Shown piece after piece: positions 20,449 through 29,139 of a DNA stretch of 64,000 nt. The translations under genes were made by a program, and so were the position numbers. Location of the stretch: contig JBGAHS010000001.1 in assembly GCA_044226015.1 (NCBI GenBank), positions 64,001 to 128,000 of the forward strand, written 5' to 3'. The notes beneath the pieces are model-generated. The model was given only the letters and a program-made list of their open reading frames with translations. It had not been told where the DNA came from and searched no databases. Within the stretch, counting starts at the first letter, position 1; the number at the start of each line of letters is the position of its first letter. The stretch is from Candidatus Obscuribacteraceae bacterium (GTDB taxonomy: Bacteria; Cyanobacteriota; Vampirovibrionia; Obscuribacterales; Obscuribacteraceae).

Positions 20449-21297
20449 TCACTGACTAAGATTGACCGTTGCTCCGGGGAACTTCGTTAGACATTTATTA
20501 ATATCTTCTGCAAAATCAGTATCACAATCCTCCAGTTCCTGAGCTAGCACCGGATTGTTACTGGCTTCCGGCTCGTTGGCATGGCAGCCTAATTTGTCGC
20601 TCCGGCAATCATTCCATTTGTTCAGCGCTTTAAGAACACACATGTTCATTTTCATCTGAATAAAATTCATTTTGATATTTTTTATGGCGTTAGTGATTGC
20701 GTGCGCTGAAATCATCATAACGGCTGTGCTAGCCACGACGGCAGCGCCGACTGGGGTAAGGGCGATAGTCGCTGCCTGAGCATATCGACCGGACGGATCT
20801 ATATCCAAAGTTGGAGAGTTTTCTACATATCCGTAAAGATTCAACCCTCCTTTTTCTCCAATCGGATCTCTGTTGATGAATCTACCAAGAGCAGCATTAT
20901 AAGCCCTGTAGACCGGCATGCTGAGTCCACTTCTTCCATGCAGATAGTATCCTGCATATTGCATGTCAGCAGAGCTGGTGCCCGTCACAATGGTCTCAGC
21001 GACCACACCATAAGGATCATATGAATATCGGGTTTTAATGGCACCAGTGGAATCGGTCAGCTCTCTTATAGAGCCCAGGTGATCTTTGTTATAGAAATAA
21101 TTTGCGGGCGTGCCACCACTAAAGTTCACCTGGCCTCTGCTGAAGAATTGCTTACCATTGCTGAGACTGCCTGATGCATCTAGTTCCTCGCATCGCTCAC
21201 TCCCGCACCACAAATGTTGCTTCGTCGACGTAACACTACCTGCGGTGCGCTCTTCGATTTTCGTGGCACGCGAAAGTGCATCATACGAAAATTGGGT
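20449..21297 (-). CDS. Silent Rhs C-terminal cassette 3 (hydrophobic helix + Cys-spaced helical tip)
   Basis: Same in-frame TQFSYDALSR junction; KDHLGSIRE, FINRDPIG and DIDPSGR motifs. Confidence 0.88.
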   Translation of the reverse strand, partial: TQFSYDALSRATKIEERTAGSVTSTKQHLWCGSERCEELDASGSLSNGKQFFSRGQVNFSGGTPANYFYNKDHLGSIRELTDSTGAIKTRYSYDPYGVVAETIVTGTSSADMQYAGYYLHGRSGLSMPVYRAYNAALGRFINRDPIGEKGGLNLYGYVENSPTLDIDPSGRYAQAATIALTPVGAAVVASTAVMMISAHAITNAIKNIKMNFIQMKMNMCVLKALNKWNDCRSDKLGCHANEPEASNNPVLAQELEDCDTDFAEDINKCLTKFPGATVNLSQ

Positions 21298-21340
21298 GAT
21301 GTTTCCGGTGGGATTTGATTGGATTTCAGAGGTCTTTAAA
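21286..21340 (-). repeat. Cassette junction repeat (core + leader), copy at cassette 3
   Basis: TTTAAAGACCTCTGAAATCCAATCAAATCCCACCGGAAACAT-CACCCAATTTTCG. Confidence 0.9.
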
Positions 21341-21508
21341 CACTTTACCCGCTACTATCAAAACGAGTTCAAGTAGGAATCGATATTGCGAAAGGGTGAA
21401 CATTTTGCCAAATCGATTCGAAGTCAACCTTTCAGCGCGAACCTGTTAGTAGTTGTACCGCATTATTCCAAACAAAGTCCCATTTCGTCACTCTTGAGGT
21501 GGAGGGAG

Positions 21509-22177
21509 TTACAATGCTGCATTAAGTCTATCGGAGAAAGGGATTCCTTTTTCAATATATTTAAGTCGAATTGAATCCCACGTATAAACATAAGCATGTA
21601 GGAGTTTTCCTCGGTCAACAACGTGGTTGGTAATGATCAGAGTTTTCGGAATTTTTCCTTCTTTTGACAGCACGAATTCTGGTTGATACAAGGATCCTGT
21701 TTCCAATACTTTCTGTATTTTTCCATGAGCGCAAAGGAATACGGTCGTCAAAATACTGCGTGGACCGTCTGAAAGAATAGCCATCTTATCATCCAGACGA
21801 AGGATGGAAATTGGTTTACCGTAGCAGAGTTCGTCAACATCATCGCCATTGTCAGAGCAATAAACTAATCTATTTTTTTTGTCAAAGATTTTTAGAACCG
21901 CTTGTTCCCCGGCTTTGCCCCTGAGCGCCCCAGGCGTTCTCATTATGCGAACAGAGTAGTGTTCAGTCTCGGTGTCGCTTTCGTTTCTAACAGTCCAATC
22001 GTAAAGAAACCAAAGTGAACTGTGTTGATCTCTCCACTTTCTCCAACGCGCAAGGCTTTTCACATCTGCTGTAGTTTTAGCTTTCACTGTTCGAAGCTCT
22101 TCATAGGCGTATCCGGCTGGCAACCAAAGAATCGCGGATATGAAAGACACAGCAAGCACATAAACCAATCCTGGCAT
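21509..22177 (-). CDS. Putative exported immunity protein of cassette 4
   Basis: Starts 3 bp after the cassette 4 stop; N-terminal signal peptide LVYVLAVSFISAILWLPAGYA. Confidence 0.72.
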   Translation of the reverse strand: MPGLVYVLAVSFISAILWLPAGYAYEELRTVKAKTTADVKSLARWRKWRDQHSSLWFLYDWTVRNESDTETEHYSVRIMRTPGALRGKAGEQAVLKIFDKKNRLVYCSDNGDDVDELCYGKPISILRLDDKMAILSDGPRSILTTVFLCAHGKIQKVLETGSLYQPEFVLSKEGKIPKTLIITNHVVDRGKLLHAYVYTWDSIRLKYIEKGIPFSDRLNAAL

Positions 22178-22180
22178 AAA

Positions 22181-23140
22181 TCATCCACCCTTGGACTTTT
22201 GTAAGCAGCCTTTATCGCACCGAGTCTTTTTAGCTTTTAAGCATTTTTCGCATTTTTGAATTGCTCCTAAATATCCGGGATCTCCACCACCAAATTTACT
22301 AATACCCTCCTCCAGCCCGAATTTACTGACGTAATACCCGGCAAGCATGGAACCCGCTCTCAAATTTTTTGCAGGATCTGACATTTCGCTCCACTTCGCA
22401 CCAACTTGGCTTGCAGATTGCTCGTTATATATTTGCAAAAGACCCTTTGCACCAGAGCCTTCTGTGTTGTCTACACTCGGCTCAAAATTATCGGGTGAGT
22501 GTGGAGTGCTTTCACGAAAAGCCATACATAACAAAAATTCCGTACCCAGTTGAGTCCCAACTGTGCCAGCTACGGTCTTGCCTGAATAGTTACAACCTCC
22601 GTCCAGCAACCTAGCAACTTGAACGCAAGTGAGAAGCCCTAGTGGGTCCAGGTAACGAATTGGATTTCCGCCAACATAGCTGTAAATATTTAAATCACCG
22701 GCTTCACCAATTGGATCTCTACTGAGCCATCTGCCTAATGAAGCTGAGTATTGACGAAACCAAGTCATGTTCAATCCACTTCGCATATGTGAGTAGTAAC
22801 CAGCATATTGAAAATCAGCGTCCTGTGAGCCTGAGATCTTGTTGACGACACCATATGGATCATAACCATACAGTGAAACAATGGTCCCTGAGCTATTAGT
22901 TAATTCCCTCACAGATCCAAGCTTATCTATGCAATAAAAATAATTAGATCCTGTGGCAGAATTAAAATTGATTTGTCCCATGCCGCAGAACTGCTTTCCA
23001 TTGCTCAAGCTTCCGGACAGATCTCGTTCTTCAGACTTCTCTGAATCGCACCATAAATGTTGCTTCGTCGAGGTAACACTGCTTGCGGTGCGCTCCTCAA
23101 TCTTCGTTGCGCGCGACAGTGCATCATACGAAAATTGGGT
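22181..23140 (-). CDS. Silent Rhs C-terminal cassette 4 with lytic transglycosylase (SLT/lysozyme-like) tip
   Basis: PIRYLDPLGL junction; tip motifs MAFRES (catalytic Glu), GAKGLLQI and DPAKNLRAGS. Confidence 0.85.
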   Translation of the reverse strand, partial: TQFSYDALSRATKIEERTASSVTSTKQHLWCDSEKSEERDLSGSLSNGKQFCGMGQINFNSATGSNYFYCIDKLGSVRELTNSSGTIVSLYGYDPYGVVNKISGSQDADFQYAGYYSHMRSGLNMTWFRQYSASLGRWLSRDPIGEAGDLNIYSYVGGNPIRYLDPLGLLTCVQVARLLDGGCNYSGKTVAGTVGTQLGTEFLLCMAFRESTPHSPDNFEPSVDNTEGSGAKGLLQIYNEQSASQVGAKWSEMSDPAKNLRAGSMLAGYYVSKFGLEEGISKFGGGDPGYLGAIQKCEKCLKAKKTRCDKGCLQKSKGG

Positions 23141-23182
23141 GATGTTTCCAGTGGGATTTGATTGGTTTTCAGAGGCTTTTAA
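23129..23182 (-). repeat. Cassette junction repeat (core + leader), copy at cassette 4
   Basis: TTAAAAGCCTCTGAAAACCAATCAAATCCCACTGGAAACAT-CACCCAATTTTCG. Confidence 0.9.
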
Positions 23183-23191
23183 CGAGCTGAC

Positions 23192-23515
23192 CTAGCGACA
23201 GGAATTAAGTGCGCTAAAAGTCCGGGGCGGTGTTTTCGTTTGCTCAAGAACAATTCTGCGATCTAGCCAAACGGATTGAAGATGATCGTGGTTCCAAAAG
23301 CTGAGCTGGTCAAGCTCTTTCGCTAAAATGCTTGCCTTTGCAAAGTAGTCTTCAGCGGTTTTAAGGGAATGATTGCGGACTGCATCGTTTCCACATTCGA
23401 TGAGCCTTGCAAGTTCTATGTTCTTCGATCTAACTATGCCGTAATAGCCCACAAGAAGTCCCACAGACAGTGAGGCAAAGATCCTTTTTGACTTCGAGGA
23501 AAATTCTATATTCAT
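23192..23515 (-). CDS. Small membrane-anchored hypothetical protein (possible orphan immunity gene)
   Basis: 107 aa, N-terminal hydrophobic segment; follows the decayed Rhs remnant. Confidence 0.5.
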   Translation of the reverse strand: MNIEFSSKSKRIFASLSVGLLVGYYGIVRSKNIELARLIECGNDAVRNHSLKTAEDYFAKASILAKELDQLSFWNHDHLQSVWLDRRIVLEQTKTPPRTFSALNSCR

Positions 23516-23611
23516 TATTCAGTGCGTATGTGTAAGGATTTACGTCCTTTCGGTCAAACGAGGGAGTCAACTGCTGGCTGATTGAAACCAGGGTTTGGTT
23601 TCACATTGTAA

Positions 23612-23818
23612 TCAATACCGGCATGTAACGTTGTTCCTGGCCCAGCATCGTGAGTCTTTGTAAGCTAGTGGATCACGGGAAAAAAATGCCCCACGAACTG
23701 GCTCATACAATCTGTACACTTGCGCAATTAAACCATTCCGGGAAAGACGATAATAGCCGGCGAAACCGAAGTCTGATTCGCGTGTCCCTGCAATTTTGAT
23801 TGATTGACAATAATACAT
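23612..23818 (-). pseudogene. Decayed Rhs core remnant
   Basis: SDFGFAGYYRLSRNGL...YRLYEP...FFSRDPL matches the Rhs core consensus; lacks the junction repeat and DPxG. Confidence 0.7.
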
Positions 23819-23943
23819 ACGACTTCGACATTGACGTTGTTGTTCGCCAGATTAGGCTACTACGAGTTCTCGGTTTCCTGAACTTACGCTTCTTCCCAAT
23901 CGTATTCTGATTTCAACGTATGTTGGATAGTTCTCTGCACGAA

Positions 23944-24588
23944 TTAAGGTGCATTGTCGACAATTGATTTGTCGGTTTCTATAATTGCCTCAATCGCGGA
24001 GGCGACTCTTTTCAATGTTTCATTACGGGATTTTTTCGCAAGAGACAGGTAACTAGGCAGCATTGTTGAGCGACAGGCTAGCAGCATATTTAGTGCGGTT
24101 ACCTTGTCTAGTGGTTTCTTTGATGTCCACCACAATTGAGCATATGATTCAGATTGGCTCCAGCCTGTCCCGGCTAGCAGTTGCGCCGCGTTGTCTCGAA
24201 TCACTTCACTGAAATCACTCAAAAGAAAATGCATTGCTAGCCGTTCTCTCAATGCAGAGTCTCTCAACCTTCGGCACCGCAGAAGAAAATACAATCTAAT
24301 TGATTCCTCTGGATACGGAAGAATTGCCAACTTTGATATCTCGTCATCAGAAATTGATTTAACAAGCAGTTGTGATTGCCAATCCAGAGTTATTACGTGT
24401 TTTATTGCAAGATGTTCTTTCTTGGTCCAAGCCAATGGTGCAGAATCACAAAGCAACTCACAGAAGTCCTTGACCAGTTCGGCTAGGTTTGAATAGTTAC
24501 TCAAAGAACAATTCTCTTCCTCGATCAATTTAAGGTGCTTCTTCAAGTTCGAAATTTTTTCTTTAAGGATCATTACATTCTTCATCAT
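23944..24588 (-). CDS. Putative immunity protein of cassette 5 (helical/HEAT-like)
   Basis: Start overlaps the cassette 5 stop; EVIRDNAAQLLA and TLKRVASAIEAI helical repeats. Confidence 0.7.
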   Translation of the reverse strand: MMKNVMILKEKISNLKKHLKLIEEENCSLSNYSNLAELVKDFCELLCDSAPLAWTKKEHLAIKHVITLDWQSQLLVKSISDDEISKLAILPYPEESIRLYFLLRCRRLRDSALRERLAMHFLLSDFSEVIRDNAAQLLAGTGWSQSESYAQLWWTSKKPLDKVTALNMLLACRSTMLPSYLSLAKKSRNETLKRVASAIEAIIETDKSIVDNAP

Positions 24589-25474
24589 CTACAGCTGGGG
24601 TGTCGCCTGTAAAGCCACCATTGCATCTTCTTACGCAATAGCTCAAATATTGCACAGCCCAGAGAACACAACACTTGTATTTTCTTGGGTCTGGGTCGCA
24701 TCCGCCCGGTCCGTACATTTTATCGCAATAACCAGCACCAAGTTCTTTTGTATTATGCAGAGCATCAAATTTTTGATGACAACAGCGAAGACATCTCACC
24801 TTAGTACCATCTTGACACTCGAGAAATGGAAATTCATTTGGACGACCAATCGCAAAGTCTTCAGGCCAGGGAGTGAATTGTCTCTTTCGTGGCTTTGCCG
24901 CGTTCATTGTTAGTGGAATGCTAACAGGCGCCCCTGATGCACAAGCGCCTCCAGCGCATCCCATAAGACCTGTGTGGTCTACCCAGCGGATTGGATCATT
25001 GGAAACGTATGAATATAAATTTGGACCAGCGTTTTCACTTAGCGGATCTCTGCTAAGCCATCGACCATTAATTGAGGAATATACTCGATAATACGTCAGA
25101 TTTAAGCCAGATCTGACGTGTAGATAGTAATCTGCATACTGAAAGTCCGCGGAAAGAGTGCCTTGGACTTTGGTGACATCTCCATAAGGTCCATATGCGT
25201 ATTGCGCGACTATAGCGCCAGAGCTATCTGTCATTTCCCTTATACTTGAGGGAGGCGCATCCTTTGTAAATTGGTAGTTTGTACTTGAACCAGCATTAAA
25301 GTCTCGCTGTCCTCTTGCGAAGAATTGTTTACCGCTACCAAAGCCGCCGGTTAGGTCACGCTCCTCGCAACGTTCAGACCCGCACCACAAATGCTGCTTC
25401 GTAGAAGTGACACTGCCAGCGGTGCGCTCCTCGATTTTCGCTGCACGCGAAAGTGCGTCATACGAAAATTGGGT
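24563..25474 (-). CDS. Rhs C-terminal cassette 5 (very Cys-rich tip), immediately downstream of the recombinase
   Basis: NTQFSYDALSRAAKIEERTAG, WLSRDPL and PIRWVDHTGL; core at 25463-25475; only a TTG six codons upstream. Confidence 0.88.
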   Translation of the reverse strand, partial: TQFSYDALSRAAKIEERTAGSVTSTKQHLWCGSERCEERDLTGGFGSGKQFFARGQRDFNAGSSTNYQFTKDAPPSSIREMTDSSGAIVAQYAYGPYGDVTKVQGTLSADFQYADYYLHVRSGLNLTYYRVYSSINGRWLSRDPLSENAGPNLYSYVSNDPIRWVDHTGLMGCAGGACASGAPVSIPLTMNAAKPRKRQFTPWPEDFAIGRPNEFPFLECQDGTKVRCLRCCHQKFDALHNTKELGAGYCDKMYGPGGCDPDPRKYKCCVLWAVQYLSYCVRRCNGGFTGDTPAVDDEECNDP

Positions 25475-25521
25475 GTTTTTGTATGTGTCCAAATGCCGGA
25501 ACTGCCCTGCAGGAATGGATT

Positions 25522-26640
25522 CTAAGAAGTGCTGCTGGAATTCTTGCGAATTTTGTTTGGTGCTTCTTCGTGCCCCATAAGTTTGAGGAAATTGTTCGTA
25601 ATTTTCTCCATCGGCTGCCGTAATCTCTCCACGTCAATGACCAAATATCCAAATGTGGTGTCATTCTTTACGGAATGATTAGCTAGTTTTTTCAATGCAT
25701 AATGAGGAATTCCAAGGCTCTCAGCCTTCGTCAAAAACGTGCGGCGCAGGTCGTGAATTGTAAAGTGACAGTTTGAATGCTCTCGAAGTTTTTGAAGCGT
25801 CGCATCAAAGTGCGTGATGCCAGCACGTCTCCCTGGAAACACAAAATCTGATTTGCTAGAAGCAAACCGTCTCTTTAAGAGCCTTGTCAGAAAACTGCTG
25901 AGAGGGAGTACATGCGCTCTATGGTTTTTAGTTCTCTCTCCATCAATGGCGACAGTTTTTGCTTCGAAATCGATGTCCGACCATCTCAAGGAGGCGGCCT
26001 CAGCTCTCCTGAAACCAGTGAGCAATACGAAGAGAAGATAGTCGCGGACTGTTTCGCTTCGCACAGTCTTCAGAGCCGAATACCACCGAGTCAATTTAGA
26101 GTCTGGAATCATGCCCTGCCTTACAGTCGCCCGATACCAGCGCTTATTTTGTGTAAGCACGTCAACTGGGTTGTTTCTCAATAGCGGGCGCCCGTTTTTC
26201 TCATGATAACGACGAAGAGCGAAATTGAAGAGCATTCTCATAATGCGCATCACCATGTTGGCCTGAAGCTTGCTTGCTTCTGTTGAGTGCGTACCGATAT
26301 CTGAGTGCTTCTTCTCAATCATTGCCGAGCTAATTGAAGACAATGGTAGGTCTATCCAATCACTCAGATGGTGCGCAACAAGAGCGTTGTAGATGCGAAC
26401 AGAAGACTGACGCAATTCTGGCTTCGACTCTAAATAATCTCTGAGAACAGTTCTAAGCGTTTTTCCTCTAGATTTCTTTTTAGAGACCTGGCGCTTTGCG
26501 AAGCTGGTTTGCTTAATGCGATTCTCAATCCTTGAGACTAGACCCGGGCCGCTTTTGATTCTAACCATCACAATAATTCTTAGTTCAGTCATGTGCTTCT
26601 CCACAAATTTTTTTCCAGTTTGGAGATTGGCACTACACAT
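25522..26640 (-). CDS. Tyrosine recombinase/integrase (core-binding + catalytic domains, no obvious arm-binding domain)
   Basis: LLTGFRRAEA (R), RTKNHRAH (K), HDLRRT (HxxR), LANH and TFGY (Y); true start uncertain (possibly MTELR or MVRIK). Confidence 0.92.
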   Translation of the reverse strand: MCSANLQTGKKFVEKHMTELRIIVMVRIKSGPGLVSRIENRIKQTSFAKRQVSKKKSRGKTLRTVLRDYLESKPELRQSSVRIYNALVAHHLSDWIDLPLSSISSAMIEKKHSDIGTHSTEASKLQANMVMRIMRMLFNFALRRYHEKNGRPLLRNNPVDVLTQNKRWYRATVRQGMIPDSKLTRWYSALKTVRSETVRDYLLFVLLTGFRRAEAASLRWSDIDFEAKTVAIDGERTKNHRAHVLPLSSFLTRLLKRRFASSKSDFVFPGRRAGITHFDATLQKLREHSNCHFTIHDLRRTFLTKAESLGIPHYALKKLANHSVKNDTTFGYLVIDVERLRQPMEKITNNFLKLMGHEEAPNKIRKNSSSTS

Positions 26641-26932
26641 AACTCAAACAAGTTGAACAGACTCATTAGAATGCAATTCGAATTGAAGTTGCGTTCTCTC
26701 ATTTCCCATGCAAACGTGTCTTTTGATGGTGTTAGAAAGCTTTGCTCCACGAAGAGCAAAAAGAGTTACCTCTTCCGCTTGTTCATTAAATTCTGAGTTT
26801 GTGGTTCGAGGGGGATGTATTTCTGTGTCATCAAAGATATACTCCTCCAATAAATTTCTTCCCGGTTGAAAGATAACAACTGGTGCACTGCGTCAAGTGC
26901 CCCAGGCATGCCGTTTCTAAAGGAGCGACGTA

Positions 26933-27790
26933 ATGTCAAAATTTGCGACAATGGCCCTTTCGTTGAGCATTTGTATTTTTGGAAATTTGATTCCAGCAAA
27001 TGCCCAATGTGTTGGCGGAAGTCCTTCATCAGCGGTCACGTCTATAGATGAAACTGGGAATTTTCCATCAAGTCGTATGTTGGTGGACGGGCTAGGAACG
27101 ACCGTGGACACTGGCACCGCAGGAAAGATAAAAGTAAATGTTAGCGCCCTGATTGCTGCACCGCAGCGGGTGGGTTGGTGGACGCCTCTCACGACTGCGG
27201 CAACGACGTTCAGCGCAGTGGGCATGACTGCCGTACCTACTGCATCTGGCACTGCAGCCAATGCTAGTGGCACATCAGGCAACTTGATAAAATACAGTAC
27301 AGCGACAACGGTGAATGCAGTTGGCGGAATTCGGTCAACTGCATTCACTGACGCGCGATATCAGTACTCGCCAACATTTGCTACGAGAGTACGTACCAGC
27401 GCCTCTGGAATAGCGAGCCAACGAATATGGATAGGACTGGCGGCAAGCAACCCCAGCGGAAGTGCTACGCCAACAGCTAATCTCGCCTCATTTCGATATG
27501 ACACCGGTGCTGGCGATACGACGTGGAAATGTGTGAGTTCAAATGCTTCCACAAACACGGTGGTTGACAGTGGAGTTACAGTTGCTACAAGTACTACTTA
27601 CGACATGTTTGTAGACAGCTCCGATCCTTCAAAACTCGTGTACACAATTAACGGTGCTATTGTTGCAACGATCACTACTAATTTGCCAGTGGACAATACA
27701 AACATCGGACCGAATATTTCAATCACAAATCTCCTGGCGGGAACTGCTCGAGATTTGAGCGTCGGCACAACTAGAATCCAGCAATATTAG
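26933..27790 (+). CDS. Secreted Thr/Ser/Ala-rich beta-strand protein, first gene of the Rhs operon
   Basis: AAGGAG RBS; signal peptide ending PANA; beta-rich composition. Confidence 0.75.
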   Translation: MSKFATMALSLSICIFGNLIPANAQCVGGSPSSAVTSIDETGNFPSSRMLVDGLGTTVDTGTAGKIKVNVSALIAAPQRVGWWTPLTTAATTFSAVGMTAVPTASGTAANASGTSGNLIKYSTATTVNAVGGIRSTAFTDARYQYSPTFATRVRTSASGIASQRIWIGLAASNPSGSATPTANLASFRYDTGAGDTTWKCVSSNASTNTVVDSGVTVATSTTYDMFVDSSDPSKLVYTINGAIVATITTNLPVDNTNIGPNISITNLLAGTARDLSVGTTRIQQY

Positions 27791-27800
27791 TGAGGTAACT

Positions 27801-29123
27801 TTGAAAACTGTGAAAAAGTGGTCAAATCATTGTTTTGCGCTTGCTGTTGTATTTCTTGCAGCGCAGCCAGTATTAAGCGCAACGGCTCCAACGCCCTTTA
27901 TTGGAACTGCTGGAGAAATGCTCTCTCCGAAAACGGTCACTATGGGAGTTAAGGCTTCCATTGGGAACTCTATCCACTTTACAACCGACGGAAGTACGCC
28001 TAACGGAGCTAGCACAACCTATCTCAATCCATTCACAGTAACAACTTCTACAACGTTAAAAGCCATTTCCATCGACGGCTCGCCCAATCCCGTAGCTACA
28101 TTGTACATCGATCTGCCGTCAGTGTATCTGGATGCCGAAGAAGGCATTGTTCCAGCTACTGGAAATCCCAACCCAGTGATTGTTTGGACTGACCAATCAG
28201 GAAATTCTAATAGTGCAAGTGCCATTAGCGGACAAGATCCAAAGTTACTTCCAAATTCAATCAATGACTTAGCCGCAATTGAATTCTCGGGACAATATTT
28301 CAACCTTCCTGCTGGTTTTGCTGATTTCACAAAAGGCGTAAGCATATTCATAGTCGCTAAGACTGCCTCCTTGACCGCTGGAGCTACTTTGCTCGATATC
28401 GGCAATGGCAGCAGCGGAAATAACATAAAAGTGCGGATTTCGAATACGGGTTCTAAAGCTGAGTTCGATGTCTATAGTGGTACCACCAGCAGTGCCGCGC
28501 AATCAGCCAGTGCTCTCAGTACCAGTGAGTACACTCTAATTGAAGCTGTGCTTGTTCCGAATGTCTCGGGAACTGATGCGACCGGAACTATCTATGTAAA
28601 TGGGCAGGCTGGAACGCCAGTCACAAACATGTTTTTAGCAGCAAATACAAGTAGGTCTATTAATACAATAGGTGCTGCTGCTGCTGGGTCCAGTCCGTAC
28701 AGCGGAAAGATCGCAGAGCTGCTTATTTTTCCAAACGCTATAAATAATCGACAAGATGTCGAGGCAGTTCTGCTGCAAAAATTTGATTTATTGCGTCAAC
28801 AGCCTCCCACACCACAGATCAGCGTTGCGGGAGGAAATAAGAACGGTCCAACGCAAGTCGTTATAAGTTCGGCAGATGACACATCCGTCCTTCACGTGAC
28901 CACCGACGGAACGACGCCGAACGCCTCCTCTCCCATTTTCAATGGCTGCCCTATTCTCATTAACTACACCACGACGCTGAAAGCTATCGCAGTAAAGAAT
29001 GGAATTTCCAGCAGCGTTGCTTCCGAAACCTATACCCTCAACGCCGACCAATGCCCGACTCCGAGCCCATCGGATATGGTTGCGCCCACAATAAATTTAA
29101 CCGTGCCTGTTCAAAGTCAATAA
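27801..29123 (+). CDS. Secreted protein: two Fn3-associated/chitobiase-C-like domains flanking a LamG/ConA-like domain
   Basis: HFTTDGSTP...TTLKAI and HVTTDGTTP...TTLKAIA; WTDQSGNSN and YSGKIAELLIF motifs; signal peptide. Confidence 0.8.
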   Translation: MKTVKKWSNHCFALAVVFLAAQPVLSATAPTPFIGTAGEMLSPKTVTMGVKASIGNSIHFTTDGSTPNGASTTYLNPFTVTTSTTLKAISIDGSPNPVATLYIDLPSVYLDAEEGIVPATGNPNPVIVWTDQSGNSNSASAISGQDPKLLPNSINDLAAIEFSGQYFNLPAGFADFTKGVSIFIVAKTASLTAGATLLDIGNGSSGNNIKVRISNTGSKAEFDVYSGTTSSAAQSASALSTSEYTLIEAVLVPNVSGTDATGTIYVNGQAGTPVTNMFLAANTSRSINTIGAAAAGSSPYSGKIAELLIFPNAINNRQDVEAVLLQKFDLLRQQPPTPQISVAGGNKNGPTQVVISSADDTSVLHVTTDGTTPNASSPIFNGCPILINYTTTLKAIAVKNGISSSVASETYTLNADQCPTPSPSDMVAPTINLTVPVQSQ

Positions 29124-29139
29124 AAGCGAAGAAGAGAAA

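Noticed and set aside
23141..23194. Readthrough fusion of the 107-aa gene into cassette 4 (its TAG is in frame with the tip)
   Set aside because: One-in-three chance event, not seen as a pattern at other cassettes, and no recoding signal evident
25522..26640. Prophage or ICE integrase marking a mobile element
   Set aside because: No phage, conjugation or excisionase genes, no tRNA and no flanking att duplication seen; not fully excluded without comparative genomes
15576..26640. Classical integron (integrase + cassette array)
   Set aside because: Repeats are not long attC-like palindromes with GTTRRRY ends, the cassettes are gene fragments fused in frame, and I see no IntI-specific insertion
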